Assembly (NCBI GenBank): GCA_902768985.1
Contig: CACXNA010000003.1
Span: 58,675-122,674, forward strand
Source: an uncultured Bacteroidia bacterium
GTDB taxonomy: Bacteria; Bacteroidota; Bacteroidia; Bacteroidales; UBA932
DNA length: 64,000 bases
Direction of reading: 5' to 3'
This document shows positions 16,623 to 26,306 of this stretch, piece after piece. The stretch's first letter is position 1. Every line of letters starts with the position of its first letter. The notes beneath the pieces were generated by a model, which was not told the DNA's origin, did no database searches, and worked only from the letters and a program-made list of their open reading frames with translations. The position numbers and the translations under genes were made by a program.

Positions 16623-19036
16623 GAATCTGGCGAACCTGGGACGAAGAAGAGCGGGCCGCAGCCGTGCGGATCGCGGGTCTGTGCGTCGCCGCGCTGACTC
16701 TCTTCATCTTTATTTCCACTTTCTCCTATCTTTTCCACTGGCAGGAAGACATGAGCCTGCTGAGCGACCCGGACGCCATGGACGCTGGGCGCGCCGTGGG
16801 CAACGCCGCCGGCAAGCTCGGCTTCAAGACCGGATACCTGCTCGTGTGCGACCTCTTCGGCCTGGGCAGCTTCTCGCTGCTCATCATCCTGACCGCCGTC
16901 TCCGGGCGCCTGCTGGCGCACCGCTGGATGAATTCGCTGGTCAAGACCACGCTCATCGCGCTTTTCGGCGCCTTCTTCTCCTCGCTGGTGCTCGCCTACG
17001 TGGGCAAGCGCGTCGGGCTGGGCCTCCTGTTCGGCGGCGGCCTGGGCGGACGCTGCGGCGCCTTCGTCGTGGACTGGGCGGAAAATCTCTTCGGACCCAT
17101 CGTCACGGGGCTTTTCCTCGTGATCCTCGTGGCCGCCTTCCTCTTCTTCTCCTCCAAGCGCTTCAACCGCTGGTTCGCCGCCCTCGGCACGAAGAAGCCG
17201 AAGCCGGAGGTCCCGGAGGCACCCGTCGACGTTCCGGACGCCCCCGTGGACGTTCCGGACGCCCCCACAGTCATTCCGGACGAAGATCCGGAATCTCAGA
17301 TCCCCGATCAGGACGACCTCATTATCCCTGAGGTCGCGCTGGCGGAAGATTCGCCGGTCGAGCCGGCGAATGAGGGACAGGCCCCGACCACCGAAGGCAA
17401 CTTCGAGATTGTCGCGGACACCGGCCTGGAGGCCGAGCAGGTCGTGGACCTGACCCCGATCGACAACCGCCTCGACCCCCCGGACGGCCTCCCGAAATAC
17501 CAGTTCCCCTCGCTCGACCTGCTGGAGAGCTACGCCAGCGGCCGCCGGGAAGTGTCCACGGAAGAGCTCACGCGCAACAACAACAAGATCCGCGCGGCGC
17601 TCGCCAACTACAAGATCCAGGTCAACGACGTCAAGGCCATCGTGGGCCCGACCGTCACCCTGTATAAGGTCTACCCCGCCCCGGGCGTGAAGATCGCCGA
17701 CATCAAGAAACTCCAGGAGGACATCGCCCTGTCGCTGAACGCCAAGGGCGTGCGCGTCGTCACCCTGTCCGACTCCGTCGGCATCGAGGTGGCCAACGAC
17801 TACGCCTCCATCGTGCCGCTGAAGGCGCTGCTCAACGACGACGCCTTCCGCAACAGCAAGGCCGACCTGCCCGTCGCCATCGGCTACACGATCACGCAGA
17901 AGGTCCGCGTGTTCGACCTCGCCGACGCGCCGCACCTGCTGATCGCCGGTGCCACTAAGCAGGGTAAGTCCGTGGGCCTCAACGTCATCGTGTCCTCGCT
18001 CCTGTACAGCAAGCACCCGTCCGAGCTGAAGTTCGTCTTCATCGACCCGAAGATGGTCGAATTCTCCGCCTACGGCTCGCTCCTGAAGCACTACCTCGCC
18101 GTGCTGCCCGACGCCGCCGACGAGGACGAGGAGAAGAACAACGCCATCGTCAAGAAGCCCAAGGACGCCGAGAAGATCCTCCGCTCGCTGTGCACCGAGA
18201 TGGACGACCGCTACGAGCTGCTCAGCAAGGCGGGCGTGAACAAGATTACCCTCTACAACGAGAAATACAAGGAGCGCAAGCTGCGGCCGGACCACGGCCA
18301 CCGCTACCTCCCCTACCTGGTCGTGGTCGTCGACGAGTACGCCGACCTCACCATGACCACCGGCGCGTCGCCGGACGCCCGCGCGGCGAGCCGGAGCATC
18401 ACCAATTCCATCATCCGCCTGGCCCAGAAGGGCCGCGCGGCCGGCCTGCACGTGATCCTCGCGACGCAGCGCCCGTCCGTGGACGTCATCTCCGGTATCA
18501 TCAAGAGCAACTTCCCGATGCGCATCGCCTTCCGCGTGGCGTCCCGCGTGGACTCGATGACCATCCTGGACGCCCCGGGCGCCGAGAAGCTGATCGGCCG
18601 CGGCGACATGCTGTTCTCCGCCGGCATCGATTCCGAACGCATCCAGTGCGGCTTCATCGACGGCAAGGAGATCGACGCGATCACCGACTTCATCGGTGGG
18701 CAGATTGGCTACGGCCGCTGCTACAACACGCCCTACTACCTCCCCGCCCCGGAAGAGCCGGGCGCCGAGGGTGGCGAAGGCGGCGGTATGGTCGACATGT
18801 CCAAGGTGGACGATCGCTTCGAGGAGGCCGCCAAGATGGTGGTCCTGAGCCAGCGCGGCTCCACCTCCGACCTCCAGCGCAAGCTCGGCATGGGCTACGC
18901 CAAGGCGGGCCGCGTGATGGACCAGCTCGAGGCCGCCGGCATCGTGGGCCCGCAGGAGGGCTCCAAGCCCCGGCAGGTGCTCATCGCCAGCCTCGACGAC
19001 CTCCAGCCGATTTTGGACGCCTTCCTGCACCGCTAG
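16619..19036 (+). CDS. ftsK: DNA translocase FtsK
   Basis: 805 aa with N-terminal TM segments and a proline/acidic linker. It has Walker A GATKQGKS, Walker B VVVVDEYADL and a C-terminal gamma domain (GSTSDLQRKLGMGYAKAGRVMDQLE). Confidence 0.95.
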   Translation: MRIWRTWDEEERAAAVRIAGLCVAALTLFIFISTFSYLFHWQEDMSLLSDPDAMDAGRAVGNAAGKLGFKTGYLLVCDLFGLGSFSLLIILTAVSGRLLAHRWMNSLVKTTLIALFGAFFSSLVLAYVGKRVGLGLLFGGGLGGRCGAFVVDWAENLFGPIVTGLFLVILVAAFLFFSSKRFNRWFAALGTKKPKPEVPEAPVDVPDAPVDVPDAPTVIPDEDPESQIPDQDDLIIPEVALAEDSPVEPANEGQAPTTEGNFEIVADTGLEAEQVVDLTPIDNRLDPPDGLPKYQFPSLDLLESYASGRREVSTEELTRNNNKIRAALANYKIQVNDVKAIVGPTVTLYKVYPAPGVKIADIKKLQEDIALSLNAKGVRVVTLSDSVGIEVANDYASIVPLKALLNDDAFRNSKADLPVAIGYTITQKVRVFDLADAPHLLIAGATKQGKSVGLNVIVSSLLYSKHPSELKFVFIDPKMVEFSAYGSLLKHYLAVLPDAADEDEEKNNAIVKKPKDAEKILRSLCTEMDDRYELLSKAGVNKITLYNEKYKERKLRPDHGHRYLPYLVVVVDEYADLTMTTGASPDARAASRSITNSIIRLAQKGRAAGLHVILATQRPSVDVISGIIKSNFPMRIAFRVASRVDSMTILDAPGAEKLIGRGDMLFSAGIDSERIQCGFIDGKEIDAITDFIGGQIGYGRCYNTPYYLPAPEEPGAEGGEGGGMVDMSKVDDRFEEAAKMVVLSQRGSTSDLQRKLGMGYAKAGRVMDQLEAAGIVGPQEGSKPRQVLIASLDDLQPILDAFLHR
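17219..17281 (+). repeat. 21-bp x3 in-frame tandem repeat in the ftsK linker (APVDVPD APVDVPD APTVIPD)
   Basis: The three units are read directly from the sequence. Confidence 0.8.
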
Positions 19037-19058
19037 AACCAATTATTTGTCAACCCAT

Positions 19059-19943
19059 ATGAAGAAAGCTTCGTTGATCCTCCTGCTGGCTGCCCTCTTC
19101 GCGGCAGCGCCGATGACGGCGTGCGGGCAGGTCGTCTATATCCCGCAGGAAACCCAGTTCGTCGCGCCGAAGGTGCCCGCCTTCATCGAGTTCGCCGGGC
19201 AGACCTACCGCTTCGACCGGCCCGACCTCTACGAGCGCATGGACCGCGAGCTGGTCGCCTTCACCTACGGGCACACCAATTCCGTGCTGATGCTCAAGCG
19301 CGCGGAGCGCATGTTCTCCCGGATCGTCCCGATCCTGAAGAAGAACGGCGTCCCGGAGGACTTGAAATACCTGATGGCCATCGAGTGCAACCTGGATCCC
19401 AAGTCCGTCAGCTCGGCGGGCGCGGCCGGTCCGTGGCAGTTCCTGAAGGCCACCGGCCGCGCCTACGGCCTGGAGGTCGCAGACGAGGTCGACGAGCGCT
19501 ACAACATTGAGAAATCGACCGAGGCCGCCTGCAAGTATCTCAAGGAGGCCTACGAGAAATACGGCGACTGGATGACCGTGGCCGCGAGCTACAACGCCGG
19601 TCAGAACGGCATCACCCAGCGCATCGCCAACCAGCGGCAGCCGCATGCCATGGACCTGTTCCTGCCCACGGAGACCTCCCGCTACATGTTCCGCATCCTG
19701 ACGGCCAAGTATTTCCTGGAGAATCCGGAGGAATTCGGCTTCCACGTGGAGCCGGAGGAGGCCTACACCTACCCGGCGGTGAAGGAGACCGTCACCGTCA
19801 GCAGCGCCATCCCCAGCCTCACGGACTTCGCCGAGGAGCACGGCACCACCTATTTCTTCCTGAAGGAAGCCAACCTCTGGCTCCGCAGCGACAAGCTGAC
19901 CAACAAGGCCGCCAAGACCTACAAGATCGTCATCCCGGAGTAG
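19059..19943 (+). CDS. Lytic transglycosylase (SLT) domain-containing protein
   Basis: Signal peptide MKKASLILLLAALFAAAPMTACG and SLT motifs (ECNLDPKSVSSAGAAGPWQFLKATG, AASYNAG). Confidence 0.85.
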   Translation: MKKASLILLLAALFAAAPMTACGQVVYIPQETQFVAPKVPAFIEFAGQTYRFDRPDLYERMDRELVAFTYGHTNSVLMLKRAERMFSRIVPILKKNGVPEDLKYLMAIECNLDPKSVSSAGAAGPWQFLKATGRAYGLEVADEVDERYNIEKSTEAACKYLKEAYEKYGDWMTVAASYNAGQNGITQRIANQRQPHAMDLFLPTETSRYMFRILTAKYFLENPEEFGFHVEPEEAYTYPAVKETVTVSSAIPSLTDFAEEHGTTYFFLKEANLWLRSDKLTNKAAKTYKIVIPE

Positions 19944-19975
19944 GTTCCGGAATCTCGGAACCAATATCGGCCAAA

Positions 19976-20038
19976 ATCGGCGCTGACCCCACTTTTTAAA
20001 CCCGGGTCGGCGCCGATTTCGCCATTTTTCGGCGCCGA
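19976..20038. repeat. Hairpin cluster with CAAAATCGGC / GCCGATTT motifs and two copies of the palindromic 10-mer TCGGCGCCGA
   Basis: ATCGGCGCTGACCC (19976-19989) pairs with GGGTCGGCGCCGAT (20004-20017). TCGGCGCCGA occurs at 20007-20016 and 20029-20038. Confidence 0.55.
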
Positions 20039-20130
20039 CATTCCGCCTGGGGCAAAAACAGTCTATTTCGCCCCTGGCAGAAGAGGGATTAGCCGACATT
20101 CTGCCAGCTTCAGGCGAAAACGGGGTGTGC

Positions 20131-20210
20131 TGTCCTCAAAAAAGGCTTGTTTTGAGGATAAGTGACGGAAAAAGTGGCGTTCGTCCTCACCAGCACCCCA
20201 TTTTGAGGAT
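20131..20210 (+). repeat. Double-hairpin element, family DH-2, copy C
   Basis: Arms TCCTCAAAA / TTTTGAGGA (20134-20142, 20150-20158) and TCCTCA / TGAGGA (20184-20189, 20204-20209). It aligns in direct orientation with 28897-28977. Confidence 0.75.
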
Positions 20211-20214
20211 TCGG

Positions 20215-20646
20215 TTATCTGAGGTCGGTGACGACCCAGGCGGGGCCGAGGGAGGCGGTGTCGAAGCGGAAGGGCGAGAGGTCGTCGGAGAGGGGCAGGT
20301 ATTTCAGCTCGGAAATCTTCAGCTCGGAGAGCGAGTCGCGGTATTCCAGCAGCTCGGCGAGGCCGTTCGCCGGCTCGATATAGACTTCTTTCGAGGCGGG
20401 GTCGACGCTCCAGCGCGTGGCCCCGTCGCAGTAGATCTCCATGCCGTTGCCGACGGCCCGGTAGCAGTCGCCCTGGATGAGCAGGACGCCCGAGAGTTTG
20501 ACAGGGGTGTCCTCCGTGTAGGTGCAGTCGTAGCGCAGGGAGATGCGGTCGGTCTGCAGGTGCGCGGCAATCTCGCCGAGCTGCGGCTGGGCAGCCGCCG
20601 TCAGCGACAGCAGCAGGGGCAGTAGGAGCTGGATAAACTTTTTCAT
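20215..20646 (-). CDS. Small secreted LolA-like protein
   Basis: The start MKKFIQLLLPLLLSLTAAAQ gives a signal peptide. The segment LLIQGDCYRAVGNGMEIYCDGATRWSVDPASKEVYIE resembles the LolA fold signature. Confidence 0.5.
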   Translation of the reverse strand: MKKFIQLLLPLLLSLTAAAQPQLGEIAAHLQTDRISLRYDCTYTEDTPVKLSGVLLIQGDCYRAVGNGMEIYCDGATRWSVDPASKEVYIEPANGLAELLEYRDSLSELKISELKYLPLSDDLSPFRFDTASLGPAWVVTDLR

Positions 20647-20676
20647 ACTTGCTTCGATTGAAAACATTATGCCAGA

Positions 20677-20701
20677 GATTCCGGGTCAAGCCCGGAATGA
20701 C
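20677..20701 (+). repeat. 25-nt palindromic element P25, copy 2
   Basis: GATTCCGGGTCAAGCCCGGAATGAC is identical to copy 3. It overlaps the last four codons (SFRA) and the stop of the addA-like gene. Confidence 0.85.
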
Positions 20702-23487
20702 TCTACCGGTACGACCTTATCCTCCTCAACATACCAGATAAATGAGCCGGCGACTTCGTAGCCCAGGTCGCGGTAGAGGCGGGCGTAGCGCTTGAGCTGG
20801 TGGCGGTAGACGTCCAGCTCGACGCCGAATTTGTAGTCCACGATCGTGGCCGTCCGGCCGCGCACGATCACGCGGTCCGGCCGCTCGACCCGGCCGTCGG
20901 CGTCGTACAGGTCCATTTCGTTGCAAATCTCCACCCCGTCCGGCGCGGCCGGGAACCACTCCAGGTGCGCGGCGATGCGCTCGCGCAGGAGCCGCCGCGC
21001 CTTCTCCGCCTCGGCGGCGTCCAGCCGGCCGTCGCGCAGGGCGGCGTCGACCGCGGCGTCCAGTTCGTCCGCCGTGCGGACTTCCGAGAGGATGTCGTGC
21101 AGGACGATGCCCCGCAGGCGCGGGGAAGATTCGGCGCCCACGGTGCCGTCTTCGTTGAAGAAATCGTGGGCGTCCTGCGAGGGGGCGAGCCGCCCGCCGA
21201 GCGGGATGGACGGATAGGCGGCGGGGAAGTCCTCCTCGCGCTGCTCCACCTTGCGCTCCATCCGCGCGAAATCGTAAGCCTTGCCCGCCTCGAAGGTCTC
21301 CTGTCCGCCCAGGAAGGCGAACAGGATCTCGGAGAAATTGCCGTACTGCACGGGGCCCTTCTTCAGGGACTCCCGGCACTTCTTGGTGGGCTGCTTCGCG
21401 ATGATATGCAGACTCTTGCCGGCGCGGGTCAGCGCGACGTAGAAGAGGTTGATGTTGTCGACCAGCTGCAGGCGCTGCTCGCGCAGCACGGCGTCCTCGA
21501 AGAGGCTCTGCCCCGCCAGCGCGCCGAGCGGGACCGGGTAGATGCCGGACAGCTCGGCCCCGAGGGGCGTGCGGGCGGCGTCGAGCGGGCTCCAGTGGGT
21601 GCCGCTCTTGTACAGGCCCACCTTCTCCGCGAAGGGGAAGATGACGTGCGGGAACTCCAGCCCCTTGGATTTATGGATGGTCAGCACGCGCACGGACGCG
21701 GCGTTCTCGGGCGAGCCGATGAAGATTTCCTCCTTCTCGTCCCAGAATTTCAGGAAGTTGCGGAGGTTGTTGCCGTTGATCTGCACCCAGTTCTGGAGCT
21801 GGTCCATGAAGGCCTGCACGAAGAGGACCTGGCCGTCGAACGAGGCCGGGTCCCAGGCCTTCATGGCGCGCAGGAGCTCTTCGCAGAAGTCGATCAGCGA
21901 ATGATATTCCTCCGGGAAAGTGAAATCCATCGCATCCGCCAGGAAACGGCCGATGCGGTCGTCGGGGTTCTCGTAGCAGCTGAGCAGCGACACCAGCCGG
22001 CGAACGAGCGGCGAGCTCTTGAGGTTGAGCGAGTCGTCGGAGATGACGGGAATGCCGTGCGCGATCAGCTCGGCCGCCACGGCGGCGCCCTCCTTCTTGT
22101 TGCGCACCAGCACGGCGATGTCCGACCACTGCGCGCCGCCGCGCCGGACGTCCTCGATGGACGCGACGATGGCGGCGAGCTGGTCGTCGCAGAAGTCCAC
22201 GCGCACCTGGCCGTCCTGCGCCTCCTCCAGCTTCGGGTCCTGCCGCACGTCGGCGTAGATGTCCTGCAGGCCCAGCAGCTCCGCCGCGTAGGCGAAGAAA
22301 CGGTTGTTGAAGCCGATCACCGCGCGGGTGCTGCGCCAGTTGCCCTGCAGCGGCAGCACCTCCGCGCCCGGGAAGGCGCGTTCGACTTCGCTGCCGAGCA
22401 GCTCCCAGTCGGAATCGCGGAAGCGATAGATGCTCTGCTTGACGTCGCCCACGATGAGGTTGCCGCCCTGCTGCGATTCGCTCTCCCGCAGCAGCGGGAG
22501 GAAATTCTCCCACTGGATGTGGGACGTGTCCTGGAACTCGTCCAGCAGGAAATGCTCGTAGCGCACGCCCAGCTTCTCATACACGAAGGGCGCGTCGGAG
22601 CCGCCGATGATCTTGCGCAGCAGCGTGTTGGACTCGTCCAGGCAGAGGACGTTCTTCTCCGCCGCCAGCGCGTCGAATTCCTTATAAAATTCGCCCGCCA
22701 GGCCAAGCTGGAAGAGCAGCTTGTCCAGCAGCAGGGCGGTGCAGTAAGTCTTGTAGGGGAGGTCGAAGAGCTCCTGGACCTCCGCGGGGGCCTTGGCCAG
22801 CTTGGTCGGCGCGAGCTTCTTGACCTCTTCGCCCGGGACGGCCTCGATGCCCAGCGCCACCGCCTGCGCGCAGAAGTCCTGCATCACCCGGCGGCAGGCC
22901 ACGCGGATGCGGCCCAGGCGCTCCTTGCCGAAGGCCTCCCGGCCGGAAATGCCTTCCCGCTCCGCGAGCTCGCGGAATTCATCATTTTTGAGCAGGCGGC
23001 CGATCTCCAGCAGGCCCTCGTCCACCTGGTAGCGCCGTCCCTGCTCGAGCGTGTCCGCGAGGCTCTCGCGGATCCAGTCGAGCAGCTCGCCGCTGTCCTC
23101 GGTCAGCGAATCGAGGATGCGGTCCATCGTCTCGGCGATCAGCGAATCCTTGTCCAGCTCGACCTGGTAGTCGGCGAACTGCCCGATCTCGCGGGAGAAC
23201 GCCTTCAGCGCCTGCTGGAAGAAGCGGTCGATGGTGCTGATGGAGAAGGCGCCGTAATCGTGGAGCATGTCCGTCAGCAGGACCTTCGCCCGGGAATCGG
23301 TCTCGGCGAGCTTCGCGAGATCCCGCAGGATGCGGGCCTTCATCTCGCCCGTGGCCTTGTTGGTGAAGGTCACCGCCAGGATGTGGCGATACGGGTGCGG
23401 CTCCCGGCTGTCGAGCAGCAGGTCGATGTAGGTGTGCGAAAGCGCGTATGTCTTGCCGGATCCGGCGCTGGCTTTCAGGATCTTCAT
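20686..23487 (-). CDS. UvrD/Rep-type helicase with C-terminal PD-(D/E)XK nuclease (AddA/RecB-like)
   Basis: 933 aa with Walker A ASAGSGKTY, helicase motifs (LLDEFQDTS, VGDVKQSIYRFR, TIHKSKGLEF) and a C-terminal nuclease motif (IVDYKFG). Confidence 0.85.
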   Translation of the reverse strand: MKILKASAGSGKTYALSHTYIDLLLDSREPHPYRHILAVTFTNKATGEMKARILRDLAKLAETDSRAKVLLTDMLHDYGAFSISTIDRFFQQALKAFSREIGQFADYQVELDKDSLIAETMDRILDSLTEDSGELLDWIRESLADTLEQGRRYQVDEGLLEIGRLLKNDEFRELAEREGISGREAFGKERLGRIRVACRRVMQDFCAQAVALGIEAVPGEEVKKLAPTKLAKAPAEVQELFDLPYKTYCTALLLDKLLFQLGLAGEFYKEFDALAAEKNVLCLDESNTLLRKIIGGSDAPFVYEKLGVRYEHFLLDEFQDTSHIQWENFLPLLRESESQQGGNLIVGDVKQSIYRFRDSDWELLGSEVERAFPGAEVLPLQGNWRSTRAVIGFNNRFFAYAAELLGLQDIYADVRQDPKLEEAQDGQVRVDFCDDQLAAIVASIEDVRRGGAQWSDIAVLVRNKKEGAAVAAELIAHGIPVISDDSLNLKSSPLVRRLVSLLSCYENPDDRIGRFLADAMDFTFPEEYHSLIDFCEELLRAMKAWDPASFDGQVLFVQAFMDQLQNWVQINGNNLRNFLKFWDEKEEIFIGSPENAASVRVLTIHKSKGLEFPHVIFPFAEKVGLYKSGTHWSPLDAARTPLGAELSGIYPVPLGALAGQSLFEDAVLREQRLQLVDNINLFYVALTRAGKSLHIIAKQPTKKCRESLKKGPVQYGNFSEILFAFLGGQETFEAGKAYDFARMERKVEQREEDFPAAYPSIPLGGRLAPSQDAHDFFNEDGTVGAESSPRLRGIVLHDILSEVRTADELDAAVDAALRDGRLDAAEAEKARRLLRERIAAHLEWFPAAPDGVEICNEMDLYDADGRVERPDRVIVRGRTATIVDYKFGVELDVYRHQLKRYARLYRDLGYEVAGSFIWYVEEDKVVPVESFRA

Positions 23488-26306
23488 CGTCCGCAGATAT
23501 TTTTGAAGTCACACCATTCACAGGTCTTCGCATCCTCCGTCCGCGCGAAGGGGACGGCCGGGTCGGCGATCCGGGCGAGCAGGCCGTGGAGCCGCTCTTC
23601 CATCAGGGTCACAAACTGCCCGCCGACGGCCACGCTCTCCACTTCCTTGACGAAGAGGCGCGAGGGCTGGTAGATGGAATTGACGATCCGGTTCCCCCGC
23701 AGGGCGGCGTCGCCCGCGACGAAACGGTCGTACAGATAGAGCTGAAGCGCGATCTTGGGGCGCTTGGCGTTGTCGTCGCCGAAGAGCTTGTCCACCACTT
23801 CTTCGGCGTTGCTGTCGTTGATCAGGAAATCCTCGTCCGTGACCTTGCCGGTCTTGTAGTCCACCACGCGGACCTCGCCGGGACGCAGGCTGTCCAGTCG
23901 GTCGATATAGCCGACGAAGCGGAAGCCGTCGAACTCCATGTGCCGTTCCTGTTCCAGGCCGAGGATGCGGAAGCGCTCGCTGCCGGCCGCGGCGAGCAGC
24001 TCGATGTCGCGCTGGATGACCTTGCGGACATAGTGGCAGATCTGGTCTTCGAAGATGATGTTGCGCCCGCTCACCTCGAAGCTATGGAGCTTCTCGAGCA
24101 TGCGCTCGCGTACGGCATCCTTGATCCGGGTGCCCTCCAGCAGCGATTTCAGGTAGTCGCGGGAGACTTCCGGACGGTCGTAGAGCCGCTGCATCGTCTC
24201 GTGGAAGACGTTGCCGATGTCGTTCGCCTCCAGCGCCTCGGTCACTTCCTCCTGCTCCTTGAGCCCGCAGACGACCTTATAATAGAACTTTGCCGGGCAG
24301 GAAAGGTAATCCTGCAGGGAGGAGGCCGAGAGATGCTTGCTGCGGATCTTCTCGAGGTGCTCCGCCGTCTTGGCGATTTCGGGCGCCTCTTCCTGCCCCC
24401 GGGCGATGTCCGCGCGGAGCGTGAAACGCCGGATGTCGGCGTGGAAGTGCAGCTCCAGCTGCTTGATGTAGCGACTCTCTTCGCCGCCCCGCACGCCTTC
24501 GGTGCGGGAGTCGAAGAGCAGCCACACCTCGCCGGCGCGCTGGATCATGCGATAGAAGTAGTACGCCCAGACGGCGTCCTGGTATTCGTAGGTGGGCAGG
24601 CCGAAACCCTTGCGCAGCTCCGCCGGCACGAAGGAGGAGGCGACGCTGCGCCGCGGGAACATGCCCTCGTTGCAGCTCAGCACGATCAGTTTCTCGAAAT
24701 CGAGGGCGCGCGTCTCCAGCGGGCCCATCACCTGCAGGCCCTTCAGCGGCTCGCCCCGGAACGGGACCGCCGCCGCGCCGAGCAGCTTGCCCAGCAGGCG
24801 GAAATAGGTGGCGGGAAGGATATCCAATTTGCAGTCGCGCAGGCGCCCCACGGCGAGGTAGTACTCGCGGGCGAAATCCTGCTCCAGCGCCATGCCGGGC
24901 GCGTCCTTGAGCCGCGCGCCCAGCTCGCCGAGCAGCTCTTGCTGGTAGTCCTCCAGCGCGCGGACGACCGCTTCCCCGGCCACGCCGGGATCCCGGACCA
25001 CCGGCCGGAAAATGAGGTCGAAGAGCGGCAGGCCGTTCAATTCAGCCTGCGGGATATAGTAACGGGCGCCTTTGCGCACGGCGGCGGCTTTCTCGCGCCC
25101 CGCCTCGCCCGTCAGGGTCTTGAAAATGCTGTTGGAGAAGATGCTCCAGACCTGCCGGTGGTAGAAGTACCACTGCCCGTCCTTTTCGCGCAGATGCATC
25201 TGCAGGGCGGCCACGTCGTCCATCAGGGCGCTCAAGGCGCTGCCCGACATGGGGTAGCCCATGGTCACGTTGATGTCTTCGATGCGCTCCGGCAGGGAAT
25301 TCAGCACCGGGATCAACAGGCTCTCGTCCGGCAGGACGACGGCCGTCTCGATGCCGCCCGCGCCCATCCCGTCCAGGATGGCCGGGATCTGCTTGGCCTG
25401 GCCCACGCCCGAGGGGACGCTCAGGACGTTGATCTTCGGCTTGCCGAGGCCCTCCGGGTCGGGTTTGAAGGCCTGGGGGAATTCGGTGACGTTGTCTGCG
25501 AGGAACTTGGCGGACTTGTTGTGCGGATCGCGGATCCATTCGCTGCTGAAGTCCCAGCAGAACTCCGCCAGATGCGCCTTGTGCAGGCGGCGCATCAGCC
25601 GCTTCTCGCATTCGTTGAGGGCGTTCAGCCCGACGAAGACGAATTTCTTCACCTTCGGGAAACGCTCCGCCATCAGGTCCGCGGCGGACGTGTCCTGCAG
25701 GCGCTCGGCCAGCTCGCGGTAGACCTGGCCCTCCGTGGCCATGCACTTTTCGCGTAGCCGCGCGTGGAAATTGCGGTAGAGCGGCAGCAGCAGGTTCCAG
25801 ATGCGCCGGAAGGCGTCCTTGTATTCGCCGCCCGTGTGGAAATGCTTCAGGAACTGGCGGATGGCCGCTTCCTGCGTCTCGTCCAGGTAGTCGAAGCTGT
25901 CCTGGATGCTGCGGAAGTCGGCGATGTTGGTGAAGAGCTTCTCGGGATCGACGAGGTACTTGTCCACGTCGGCGAAGTCCGACAGCAGCACGCCGCCCCA
26001 GAAGATGAAGTTGTCGAGCGACTCCGCCTCCGCTCCGTCGCGCTCGTAGAGCGGCTTGTAGCAGTCGTAGAGCTCGAGCAGCAGGTGCACCTGGTCCGTC
26101 TGGCGGGCGTCCGCGAGGCGGTAGAAGAAGTCGTTCATCGTGTACAGGGCCGGCACGCGCATCGGCTTCTTCCGCCGGGCGACGCATTCGCCCAGGTACT
26201 TGCGGAAGAACGCCACCGCGCGCCGGTTCGGGAGGATGAAGCACAGGTCTTCAACCCCTCCGGCGGCCTCGTAGTGCCGCGCCACCTGATCGAGGAACGG
26301 AGTCAT
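23484..26306 (-). CDS. PD-(D/E)XK nuclease family protein (AddB-like partner)
   Basis: The start MTPFLDQVARHY lies at 26306. There is no intact Walker A (LPNRRA). It has the nuclease motif VRVVDYKTGK and terminal cysteines CEWCDFKNIC. The stop overlaps the addA-like start by 4 nt. Confidence 0.8.
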   Translation of the reverse strand: MTPFLDQVARHYEAAGGVEDLCFILPNRRAVAFFRKYLGECVARRKKPMRVPALYTMNDFFYRLADARQTDQVHLLLELYDCYKPLYERDGAEAESLDNFIFWGGVLLSDFADVDKYLVDPEKLFTNIADFRSIQDSFDYLDETQEAAIRQFLKHFHTGGEYKDAFRRIWNLLLPLYRNFHARLREKCMATEGQVYRELAERLQDTSAADLMAERFPKVKKFVFVGLNALNECEKRLMRRLHKAHLAEFCWDFSSEWIRDPHNKSAKFLADNVTEFPQAFKPDPEGLGKPKINVLSVPSGVGQAKQIPAILDGMGAGGIETAVVLPDESLLIPVLNSLPERIEDINVTMGYPMSGSALSALMDDVAALQMHLREKDGQWYFYHRQVWSIFSNSIFKTLTGEAGREKAAAVRKGARYYIPQAELNGLPLFDLIFRPVVRDPGVAGEAVVRALEDYQQELLGELGARLKDAPGMALEQDFAREYYLAVGRLRDCKLDILPATYFRLLGKLLGAAAVPFRGEPLKGLQVMGPLETRALDFEKLIVLSCNEGMFPRRSVASSFVPAELRKGFGLPTYEYQDAVWAYYFYRMIQRAGEVWLLFDSRTEGVRGGEESRYIKQLELHFHADIRRFTLRADIARGQEEAPEIAKTAEHLEKIRSKHLSASSLQDYLSCPAKFYYKVVCGLKEQEEVTEALEANDIGNVFHETMQRLYDRPEVSRDYLKSLLEGTRIKDAVRERMLEKLHSFEVSGRNIIFEDQICHYVRKVIQRDIELLAAAGSERFRILGLEQERHMEFDGFRFVGYIDRLDSLRPGEVRVVDYKTGKVTDEDFLINDSNAEEVVDKLFGDDNAKRPKIALQLYLYDRFVAGDAALRGNRIVNSIYQPSRLFVKEVESVAVGGQFVTLMEERLHGLLARIADPAVPFARTEDAKTCEWCDFKNICGR

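Noticed and set aside
20125-20625. ORFs through the DH-2 elements (20125-20625 and 28747-29436) sharing ILRIS.GK.G.RPH-like peptides.
   Set aside because: The reasoning is the same as for DH-1. One is antisense to the LolA-like gene and the other is antisense to rpmH and rsmG.
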